A stretch of DNA of 64,000 bases from an uncultured cyanobacterium (GTDB lineage: Bacteria > Cyanobacteriota > Cyanobacteriia > Cyanobacteriales > CAWUOF01), in contig CAVUSO010000001.1 of the NCBI GenBank assembly GCA_963744145.1, positions 4,064,001 to 4,128,000 on the forward strand, read 5' to 3'. Under the pieces are notes generated by a model. That model did not search any database, was not told where the DNA came from, and saw only the letters and a list, made by a program, of their open reading frames with translations. The first letter of the stretch is position 1; each line of letters begins with the position of its first letter. Shown here piece after piece: positions 49,658 to 58,175 of this stretch. Made by a program: the position numbers and the translations under genes.

Positions 49658-51237
49658 AGTAGTCGGACAAAAGTAATAGGTACTGTATTAACTTTTGTAA
49701 AACGTATGGGTCAAGCAATAAGCTGGACAAAGTCATCGAAAAATTAGTCCAATCTGGGGAAGATTGGCCAAAGAAGTGGCTGGACAATGGGAGCAAAAAA
49801 TTAGACTTATTTTGGTAATTAAGGGGATAAGTGAGGTCGATTTTAGCTTCAAAAAAAACACCCTGATTGTGAAATAATTATAGAGCTAACTTAAAAGTTT
49901 GAAGAAAATGTCATCTCCTCCTTTGAGAATATTTTTAACATCTGCGGAAAATCAAACCTTATGGGAATTAAATAGAGCCGAGGGAGTTCCACTAAGAACA
50001 AGAGATCGGGCTGCGGCCTTGAGATTATCATCAATGGGATGGAAAGTGGAACAGATCGGCAAGTATCTGAACTGGTCAATTAAGACAGTGAGAGCCACAA
50101 TACATCGTTGGGAAAAACAGGGATTAGCAGGATTATGGGATGCGCCTCGTCCGGGCAGGAAAAGAAAATGGAGTCAGGCAGATTTGGCAGAAATTGAAAA
50201 AAAACTAGAGACAGAGGAACGAGCTTATAATAGTCGTCAGTTAGTGAAATATCTAGCCCAGGAAAGGCAAGTAAAACTGAGCCAAAGACAGTTGCGTCGA
50301 ATCCTCAAAAAAAACTATCGGTGGAAAAGAACGAGAACATCTCTAAAAGGAAAGCAAGACCAGGAAAAAAGAGCAACTAAAAGAAATGATTTAGAGATGT
50401 TGGAATTCGCGGCAGCCGCGGGTGAAATATGTTTAAAATATTTGGATGAATCAGGATTTAGCCTGTGGGCTGAACCTGTATATACCTGGGGGAAAATCGG
50501 CCAACAGAAACAGATCAAACAGCCTAAAAAGAAAGGGAAAAGATTAAATATATGTGGATTTTTGGCCGTGGGAGAAAGCTTTGAATATGGATTAAGTTTT
50601 AAGAGTTTTGACAGTAAGAATTATATCAAATTAATGGATTGGCAAGCCGCGCAAGCGGAAACTAGATTGAAAGAAACGGGCAAAATAACTGTAATTGTCC
50701 AAGACCAATATTCCGTTCACGTAAGTAAATTGACGAAGAGCAACTATGATCAATGGGAAAAACAAGGATTATATATATTCCTATTATCCAGTTACTCTCC
50801 CGAATTAAATCTGATTGAAACGGAGTGGGAAAGAATCAAAGAAGATGAATTAGCTGGTCAAATGTTTGAGAATGAATATGAATTAACCATCGCGGTAAGA
50901 GCAGCAATCGAAGCTCGTCAAACTAGTAAGGGCTTAGAAGTAAAAAGATTTAGATTTGGTGGTCAGCCTAGCCAGGATGAACAAAAATCCTAATCGGGTT
51001 TATTCTAGTTCTAGTCAACCGGAAAAATTCCATTAATTGTTTAATGAGAGGCTGAGGCAAAACTGACCATATTTATAGTTAATAGAAAATCTGGAAATGC
51101 AGTTTTCTTACTCTCTAGTGAAACCTATTCAGTTGGACGGAGGGAATACTTTTATATGCTTTTCTCTGGTAAATTTGTGGGTCAAATTTACTCTTAAATA
51201 AAGTTAACATAGTTAACTTTATTTATGTCCGACTACT
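49658..51237 (+). mobile_element. IS630-family insertion sequence
   Basis: Terminal inverted repeats AGTAGTCGGACA and TGTCCGACTACT, with a TA duplication (49656-57, 51238-39) in a CTAG target. Confidence 0.9.
49908..50993 (+). CDS. IS630-family transposase
   Basis: HTH region (GLWDAPRPGR) and DDE residues in LDESGF, VQDQ..VH and YSPELNLIE. Confidence 0.93.
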   Translation: MSSPPLRIFLTSAENQTLWELNRAEGVPLRTRDRAAALRLSSMGWKVEQIGKYLNWSIKTVRATIHRWEKQGLAGLWDAPRPGRKRKWSQADLAEIEKKLETEERAYNSRQLVKYLAQERQVKLSQRQLRRILKKNYRWKRTRTSLKGKQDQEKRATKRNDLEMLEFAAAAGEICLKYLDESGFSLWAEPVYTWGKIGQQKQIKQPKKKGKRLNICGFLAVGESFEYGLSFKSFDSKNYIKLMDWQAAQAETRLKETGKITVIVQDQYSVHVSKLTKSNYDQWEKQGLYIFLLSSYSPELNLIETEWERIKEDELAGQMFENEYELTIAVRAAIEARQTSKGLEVKRFRFGGQPSQDEQKS

Positions 51238-51498
51238 TAGTTTTTAGTCTATTATATTTACATGAAATATGCTCTTGCTTACGGCAGGATAAATCCTGCA
51301 ATTTGTTTTCATCCCCGGTTTTTAAACCGGGGTTTTCAACTCCGATCCTTATAAGGAGCGAAGTTGGTCCCTAATATGTTTTTTAGCCGAGGATGTTACT
51401 CCGTCCCCGCACCTTGAGTGGTGTAGTCTAGCAATTTCACCACCAACCAAGTTAAACTGAACTTGAGTCTCCCATAATTTATCCCAGTTTATTTTGAC

Positions 51499-51763
51499 AT
51501 GGAAACGATCAGAGTATCAGACCAAGGACAAATGATTATTCCTCCATCTCTGGGGAAAGCTTACGGTTGGGAAGCTGGTCAGGAATTACTCTTAATTGAC
51601 ACTGGTGATGGAATTTTGATCAAACCGAAAAAACCTTTTGTTGAAACAACCTTAAATGATGTTGCAGGTTGTTTAAAATTTCGCTAGTAAAGCAAAAACG
51701 ATCGAAGAGATGGATTATGCTCTTCGTCAAGGAATGGAGGACGAGTGGTGTGGTCGCAGTTGA
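51499..51763 (+). pseudogene. AbrB/MazE-type antitoxin, +1 frameshift
   Basis: VSDQGQMIIP..GWEAGQEL..GDGILIKP..VAGCLKF, then ASKAKTIEEMDYALRQG..GRS* in the shifted frame. 265 nt (3n+1). Confidence 0.7.
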
Positions 51764-52140
51764 TACTAATATTGTAGTCCGGCTATTGACTCAAGATGAT
51801 GAGTTACAGTACTGAAAAGAGTCGAGAAATTTTTCAGACTCAGGATGTTTTTGTTCCTGATACAGTAATACTTGAAACCGAATGGGTACTCAGATTTGCC
51901 TACAAATTTAAACCAACTGAAATATGTTTGGCTTTACATAAACTCTTTGGCTTGTCAAATGTTTACCTTACTAATTCAAACCTAGTTTCTCAAGCATTAC
52001 AATGGCACGAAGCTGGACTAGATTTTGCAGATGCTTTTCATTTAGCTCAGAGCCAGCCATATAATTACTTTTATACCTTTGATGAAAAACTAATCAAAAA
52101 AGCTAGTGGGCTAACATCCTGTGAAGTTAAGAAACCCTGA
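51750..52140 (+). pseudogene. VapC/PIN toxin, +1 frameshift
   Basis: GTG start gives MVAVDTNIVVRLLTQDDELQY, then EKSREIF..VILETEWVL..DFADAFH..TFD. The shift is near 51813; 391 nt (3n+1). Confidence 0.75.
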
Positions 52141-52280
52141 TGAGTTGAATTGCACGTAAAGCATTCCGACGTAATCCCAATTTCATAAATTAGCACTACA
52201 GATAACTGATCTAGACCATCTGTAGTCATAATTACCAGAATTGCTATTACATGGGATCTGCCAATCAGAGCCTACTCTCA

Positions 52281-53516
52281 TTAGTCGCTAAATTTACTAA
52301 ATAAAGCAGCTAGCACAGTATTAGAAAATAAAAAACCCTCTGGATCAGTTAACCTAATTTGTCCTGCTTTTGGCAATTGACCATGAGGTACTAATCTGAT
52401 AGCTTCGCTATTTAATCCAACCAGGTCTACCCACCCTTGATCATAATAAGGTTGCAAACAATTCCAAACTTGGAGCAATGTTTGCTCCCCAAATTCTTCA
52501 GCTAAGGTAGATAATTTAATTCCATCACTTAAACGCAATCCTAACATCAGCTTTTCTAATAAAATATCGTTTTTTTGACTAGACAGATTACTAGATAAGT
52601 TAGGTTCATTTTCGGTAAATTGTCGCCGATTTCTGACCCAATTGTAATACTCTTTAGTTTGCCGAGGTCTGGTAAAACGATATCCATTTACATAACTGGT
52701 TGCTCCCATTCCAAAAGCATAATAGGGACGATTTTCCCAATAAACTCGATTATGACGACATTGATGTCCGGGTAGAGCATAGTTAGAAATTTCATAATGC
52801 TGATAACCTACATCGGTGAGCATTTGTTGGGCTAACCGATACATTTGAGCTGTGGTTTCTTCTGTTGGTAGTGGTTCCCGATTCGGTTGATAATAACGAG
52901 CAAAGACCGTTTTTGGCTCTATAATTAAATCATAACTAGAAATATGGGTAGGTCTAATCTCGATCGCTGCGACTAAAGATGCTTCCCACTGTGTGATGGT
53001 TTGATGTGGTAATCCAGAAATTAAATCGATACTCCATTCACTCACCCCGACTTCGCGCATCGCTGCGATCGCGGCAAAAATATCATTAACATTGTGCGAT
53101 CGCCCACAACTAGCTAACAAGTCATCTTGAAAAGCTTGTATTCCTAAACTGAACCGATTCACACCAGCTAATTGGTATCCTTGTAACTTTTGGCTCGTAA
53201 ATGTTCCTGGATCAACTTCTAGGGAGATTTCCGCCTCAGCGGCGATCGGCAATTGTCGAGCTAATGCTGTTAAAATCCGATTGACTTGCTCTACTGATAG
53301 TAAGGAAGGTGTACCTCCCCCAAAAAAAATAGTCTCTAACGGTTGACAAAATGATTCAGTTGTGTTAATTTCCTCAATCAAAATTTCCACATATTGCTGA
53401 ATTGTCCCCGAATTATCGCCATGTTGGCGATCGCCGACTACGGAGACGGCAAAATCGCAATAATAACAACGACGACGACAGAAAGGAATATGTAAATAAG
53501 CTGAACTAGGAATCAC
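52281..53516 (-). CDS. hemW: Radical SAM heme chaperone HemW (HemN-like)
   Basis: YLHIPFCRRRCYYCDF, FFGGGTPS, HYEISNY and HNRVYW. Confidence 0.9.
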   Translation of the reverse strand: MIPSSAYLHIPFCRRRCYYCDFAVSVVGDRQHGDNSGTIQQYVEILIEEINTTESFCQPLETIFFGGGTPSLLSVEQVNRILTALARQLPIAAEAEISLEVDPGTFTSQKLQGYQLAGVNRFSLGIQAFQDDLLASCGRSHNVNDIFAAIAAMREVGVSEWSIDLISGLPHQTITQWEASLVAAIEIRPTHISSYDLIIEPKTVFARYYQPNREPLPTEETTAQMYRLAQQMLTDVGYQHYEISNYALPGHQCRHNRVYWENRPYYAFGMGATSYVNGYRFTRPRQTKEYYNWVRNRRQFTENEPNLSSNLSSQKNDILLEKLMLGLRLSDGIKLSTLAEEFGEQTLLQVWNCLQPYYDQGWVDLVGLNSEAIRLVPHGQLPKAGQIRLTDPEGFLFSNTVLAALFSKFSD

Positions 53517-53746
53517 GCGAGATCACTTTTTCATCCGATTTTAAGTAATTTCCAGCACAATTCCCACTCAATTGCTCCCCATAAACTGATGTTTACCATA
53601 CAGCTAAAAAAAAGGGGGAAAAACTAGACAGTATAATTCAGAGTAGTAGCTATGAGGAGCAATTTGGCTCATTCTGGCGAATTTCCGGACATATTTCCAG
53701 GGATTTACATCTGGAAGTCAAATATAAATTCAACTGGTTTAGCACC

Positions 53747-54826
53747 ATGATTGATGCAATTATTATCCTTTCATTCATCTTATCAGCCGCAGGCATAGGT
53801 TTCTACAGCGTTGACTTACTACCTAATGATGTCTTGAAACAAGTTAACAATCCGGAAGGATTGGGTCTAGTCACCGCAGGTTTCGCTGCTCTCATTGGTG
53901 GGGCAATTGGGTTAATCGTCCAGACCGGATATCGTCGATTAGAAATCCAAGTTCGGCAAATGCCCGTCGAAGTCATCCTCACGCGCTCAATTGGCTTAGT
54001 TATTGGGTTACTGATCGCCAATTTAATGTTAGCACCAGTTTTCTTATTGCCATTCCCCTGGGAATTTGCTTTCATTAAACCCCTAGTCGCGATCGTGGGT
54101 AGCGTCATGTTCTCGTTTTTGGGGATCACTTTAGCAGATACCCATGGTCGGGCATTTCTGCGGTTAATTAATCCCCATTCAGTGGAAACCATGTTAGTCG
54201 CTGAAGGTACTCTCAAACCAGCCGCGACAAAAGTATTAGATACTAGCTGTATTATCGATGGTCGAATTGAAGAATTGCTGGGAACTGGATTTCTGGAAGG
54301 ACAAATTCTCATTCCCCAGTTTATTCTCCAAGAATTGCAGTTAGTCGCAGATGCAGCCAATGATCAAAAAAGAGTCAGGGGACGTTGGGGATTAGACATC
54401 CTGAATCGGATGAAAGAAGCTTATCCAGAAAGGATCGTGATTAATTCGGCTGACTACGATGATATTACGACCGTTGACGCAAAATTAGTACATTTAACTC
54501 AAGAAATTAACGGCACTTTGCTAACTAATGATTACAACTTAAGTAAAGTCGCCCAATTACAACGAGTTCCAGTGCTAAATATTAATGACCTGACCCAAGC
54601 GGTGCGTCCCAGTTATCTTCCTGGAGATAGTATTGATTTGAAAATTCTCAAGGAAGGTAAGGAACCAGCCCAAGGGATTGGTTACCTTGATGATGGGACA
54701 ATGGTAGTAGTGGAAGAAGGTAGTAACTATGTTGGTGTCCAATTACGGGTAACCGTCACTTCGGCTTTGCAAACTTCAGCAGGACGGATGATTTTTGCCC
54801 GTCCTCACGCTTCAGTAGCAGCTTGA
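53747..54826 (+). CDS. PIN/TRAM domain membrane protein (YacL-like)
   Basis: KVLDTSCIIDGRI, LLTNDYNL, GKEPAQGIGYLDDGTMVVVE and LQTSAGRMIFA. Confidence 0.9.
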   Translation: MIDAIIILSFILSAAGIGFYSVDLLPNDVLKQVNNPEGLGLVTAGFAALIGGAIGLIVQTGYRRLEIQVRQMPVEVILTRSIGLVIGLLIANLMLAPVFLLPFPWEFAFIKPLVAIVGSVMFSFLGITLADTHGRAFLRLINPHSVETMLVAEGTLKPAATKVLDTSCIIDGRIEELLGTGFLEGQILIPQFILQELQLVADAANDQKRVRGRWGLDILNRMKEAYPERIVINSADYDDITTVDAKLVHLTQEINGTLLTNDYNLSKVAQLQRVPVLNINDLTQAVRPSYLPGDSIDLKILKEGKEPAQGIGYLDDGTMVVVEEGSNYVGVQLRVTVTSALQTSAGRMIFARPHASVAA

Positions 54827-54948
54827 GAGTTAGATTTTGCTAATTCTGATCATCGTGACTGAGGTGACGCGCGGATGATAATTTTCCGAACTACCGCAAG
54901 ACAGCTCTATTGCTCCAGAGTTGTCCAGCGTCACACCGTCAGCCGCGA

Positions 54949-55839
54949 TTAATTACCAGACGGTGTAGAGCGATGCCAACGTATTCCTAGAAATATATCG
55001 TAGACAAAGCTTAAAAAACTTTTGCCTTGTAGTAGTCCCAGCGTTTGGGGTGATCCTTTTTCATCTAAAAGATGCTTAGTGGCTAAATAAGCTGGTTGGT
55101 ATTTATACCAGGGAATTGATGGCCATAAATGATGGATCAGATGATAGTTTTGTCCCATAATCAATATATTGAGAATCGGGCTGGGATAAACTCGGGCATT
55201 TTTCCAGCGATCGCGTTCTGTAAATGGTCGATGGGGTAAATAGTCAAAAAACAATCCCAATGCTAGTCCTACCACCAAAGCGGAGGTAAACCAGTAATTC
55301 ACTAGATAGTGAAAAAATCCATATTGAATGGAAAAATAGACGATTAAACCGACCACTAACCGACTAAAAAACCATTCCCATAGCTCATACTTGCGCCACA
55401 GTTGGCGTTTAAAAAAGAAGATTTCATGGTAAAAGAACCGTGCGGCAATCAACCAGAGTGGGCCACCTGTAGAGACAAAGTGGTCTGGATCATTATCGGG
55501 ATCATTAACATGGGCATGATGTTGGATATGAACCCTGGTAAAAACTGGGAAAGCAAAGCCTAAAATCAAAGCACTGCCATGTCCAAGTAAAGCATTGACA
55601 ATTCGGTTACGATGTGCAGCATGATGGGAAGCATCGTGAATTACTGTTCCAGCCATATGTAAGGAAATCACATTCAGGACAAAGGAACACCAATGGGGCC
55701 AATTCCACCACCAATAACCACAGGTAGAGATCGTAAAAATTCCTACTGCGGCAATGAACATGAGCATGGTCGGGTTGAAGTCACCAGGAGGACTCAGATA
55801 CTCTTTGGGCACTGTCAGTGGCTTGCTGGCCTCCGACAT
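54949..55839 (-). CDS. crtR: Beta-carotene hydroxylase
   Basis: His boxes HDASH, HIQHH and HLIHH, plus DPDHFVSTGGPLW and FFDYLPHRPF. Confidence 0.92.
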   Translation of the reverse strand: MSEASKPLTVPKEYLSPPGDFNPTMLMFIAAVGIFTISTCGYWWWNWPHWCSFVLNVISLHMAGTVIHDASHHAAHRNRIVNALLGHGSALILGFAFPVFTRVHIQHHAHVNDPDNDPDHFVSTGGPLWLIAARFFYHEIFFFKRQLWRKYELWEWFFSRLVVGLIVYFSIQYGFFHYLVNYWFTSALVVGLALGLFFDYLPHRPFTERDRWKNARVYPSPILNILIMGQNYHLIHHLWPSIPWYKYQPAYLATKHLLDEKGSPQTLGLLQGKSFLSFVYDIFLGIRWHRSTPSGN

Positions 55840-55947
55840 GATATTTTTACTCCTAAGAACTACTTTTCGGTAGTATACGATAAAGTTTTGTGAATTAAAC
55901 GGCCTGAAGCTGCGGTAGCGAGATGATTAATATCTGGAAATGATTAA

Positions 55948-56019
55948 AGCCGATGGTGGGATTTGAACCCACGACCAACTGATTACGAATCAGCTACTCT
56001 ACCCCTGAGCTACACCGGC
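55948..56019 (-). tRNA. trnT: tRNA-Thr (anticodon CGT)
   Basis: Minus strand GCCGGTGTAGCTCAGGGGTAGAGTAGCTGA-TTCGTAA-TCAGTTGGTCGTGGGTTCAAATCCCACCATCGGCT. Confidence 0.95.
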
Positions 56020-56108
56020 ACTAGACAATCTTCAATTATAGCAGGTTAGCTAGAAAAACGATCTAGCAACCTGCAAAAATTAGCCGAATTTTGGACGATC
56101 GATCAAAA

Positions 56109-57899
56109 TTAAACTGGCAAAAGGGGCTCATTTTGACCAGCGACCGTCCCGGAGTAAATCAAACCTCGCTGCATATCCATGGTCAGGATTGTCCCTTCAC
56201 GAATATTATTAGTCGCATTTTTGACACCGACCATCACTGGTACACCCAAGCGTAAACCAATAATTGCCGCATGACCTGTCAAACTTTCCTCCTCGGTAAT
56301 TACTCCCGCAGCTTTCCGCATCGCTTCCACATAATCCACACTGGTACTAGGTACAACTAAAATTTCACCAGGGCTAAAGTTACCAATTTCTGTCGCACTC
56401 TGAGCTACCCGAGCTCGACCACTCACGACCGTACTTTGTCCTAGAGCTACACCTTTACCCAGGATCGAAGTTACTACTTCAACTTTAATTAAATCCGTTG
56501 AACCAGAAACTCCCTGAAGTGCACCCGCAGTCATCACGACCAAATCACCCTCCGCGACCATGCCGGTTTCCTGGGCCACATTCATCGCCGCTTGGAAAGT
56601 CTGACCGGTAGAATGCAAATCTAACACTAAGAGTGGTTTTACACCCCAGACTAATTGCAACTGTCGTGCGACATCAACATGGGGTGTAATTGCTAAAATA
56701 GGTGTACTCGGTCGAAATTTAGACACATTTCTAGCTGTCGCTCCGCTTTTCGTCAAGGTCATAATTGCCGCAGCATCTAACTGTTCAGCAATTGCACCGA
56801 CAGCTTGACTAATCGCATTAGTGATCGAACGTGGGGAGTGATCTAGATTGTCTACATTACGAGTAATTTTTTCCCTTTCAATTCTCGTCGCAATTTTTGC
56901 CATCATTTCTACTGCTTCCACTGGATATTTACCTACAGCAGTTTCATTCGAGAGCATCACTGCATCAGTACCATCTAAGATCGCATTAGCCACATCCGAA
57001 ATTTCGGCTCTGGTGGGTCGAGGATTATTCAGCATACTATCTAACATTTGGGTAGCAGTAATGACCGGAATCCCCAAATGATTAGCTTTAGCAATTAAAC
57101 GTTTTTGCAGAACAGGAACATCTTCAGCTGGTAATTCTACTCCTAAATCACCGCGAGCTACCATGACCCCATCACACAGGGAAAGAACCTCATCCATCTG
57201 TTCGATTGCTTCATGTTTTTCAATCTTGGCAATCACTGGTACTTGTTTACCAGCACTAGAAATTAGTTCTTTAATCTCCAATATATCTTGGGGATTACGG
57301 ACAAAACTTAACGCTACCCAGTCTACCCCTTGATCTAAACCAAATAACAAATCTTGACGGTCTTTATCTGTCAAGGCTTTAATCGATAGGTAAACACCAG
57401 GAAAATTAACTCCTTTATTATTAGAAAGAGTTCCTCCCACAACTGTCCGACAATATAATTCTTTGGCAACGCGATCGATTTTTTCGACCCGCATTTCGAC
57501 TTTACCATCGTCCAACAGAATGTTCGCATTTTCTGGAACTTCATCTGCTAAAGGTTCATAAGTAACACAAGAGATTTTCTCGGTTCCTGGAACTGATCGG
57601 CTAGTTAAGATGAAGGGATCACCTTTTTGTAATACAATTGAACCAGTCTCAAATTTTCCAAGGCGAATTTTTGGACCTTGTAAATCCTGCAAAATACCGA
57701 CTGGTTGATTGAGTTCAAACGATATCTGTCGGATTAAGCGGATTGTCCGTTGATGATCTTCATGGGTCCCGTGGGAAAAATTGAGACGCAGGGTGGTAGC
57801 TCCTGCCAAAATTAAAGCACTCAGCACTTCAGGTTTAGCCGTAGCTGGGCCAATAGTGGCTACAATCTTTGTCCGACGCAGAGAATGTGGCAATTGCAT
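56109..57899 (-). CDS. pyk: Pyruvate kinase (with C-terminal PEP-utiliser mobile domain)
   Basis: RRTKIVATIGPA, RLNFSHG, DLQGPKIR, MVARGDLGVE, DAVMLSNETA and LTGHAAI. Confidence 0.97.
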   Translation of the reverse strand: MQLPHSLRRTKIVATIGPATAKPEVLSALILAGATTLRLNFSHGTHEDHQRTIRLIRQISFELNQPVGILQDLQGPKIRLGKFETGSIVLQKGDPFILTSRSVPGTEKISCVTYEPLADEVPENANILLDDGKVEMRVEKIDRVAKELYCRTVVGGTLSNNKGVNFPGVYLSIKALTDKDRQDLLFGLDQGVDWVALSFVRNPQDILEIKELISSAGKQVPVIAKIEKHEAIEQMDEVLSLCDGVMVARGDLGVELPAEDVPVLQKRLIAKANHLGIPVITATQMLDSMLNNPRPTRAEISDVANAILDGTDAVMLSNETAVGKYPVEAVEMMAKIATRIEREKITRNVDNLDHSPRSITNAISQAVGAIAEQLDAAAIMTLTKSGATARNVSKFRPSTPILAITPHVDVARQLQLVWGVKPLLVLDLHSTGQTFQAAMNVAQETGMVAEGDLVVMTAGALQGVSGSTDLIKVEVVTSILGKGVALGQSTVVSGRARVAQSATEIGNFSPGEILVVPSTSVDYVEAMRKAAGVITEEESLTGHAAIIGLRLGVPVMVGVKNATNNIREGTILTMDMQRGLIYSGTVAGQNEPLLPV

Positions 57900-58006
57900 G
57901 GCGAAAGTCCAGGAAGTTAGCAAAAATGTTCGGGAATTCCCGATCGCATGGAAGCTAGTGTCTCATTATCTGTTGCTTTTAAACAATCCACTATATTTAT
58001 TTTGCT

Positions 58007-58043
58007 CTGTCCCACCATGGTGGGACAGACATCTTGTCTGTCC
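58007..58043. repeat. REP-like palindrome, same family as 10109-10172
   Basis: CTGTCCCACCATGGTGGGACAGACATCTTGTCTGTCC. Confidence 0.65.
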
Positions 58044-58175
58044 TAATTTCAAGAATATCCTGACTTAGTGATTAATGGGCTGAAAAAAACAATATCTGCG
58101 GTTGGGATTGATTTTGCTGCTTTCCACCCATAACAACTGCATCTCCCTAAAAAGCCCTTTTATTTTTGGATTACC

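Larger units (their letters stand above)
48365..51350 (-). mobile_element. IS1341-type (TnpB-only) IS200/IS605 element, interrupted by IS630
   Basis: Right end (minus strand): GAATCCCCGTGTATGAAAGACCGGGGAGTGTCAA. Left end: TTAT|AAGGATCGGAGTTGAAAACCCCGGTTTAAAAACCGGGG. No room for tnpA. Confidence 0.8.

Noticed and set aside
49638..49796. N-terminal extension of TnpB in the ORF track
   Set aside because: It is read-through into the IS630 left end; the family-like start is MYAVQ at 49637.
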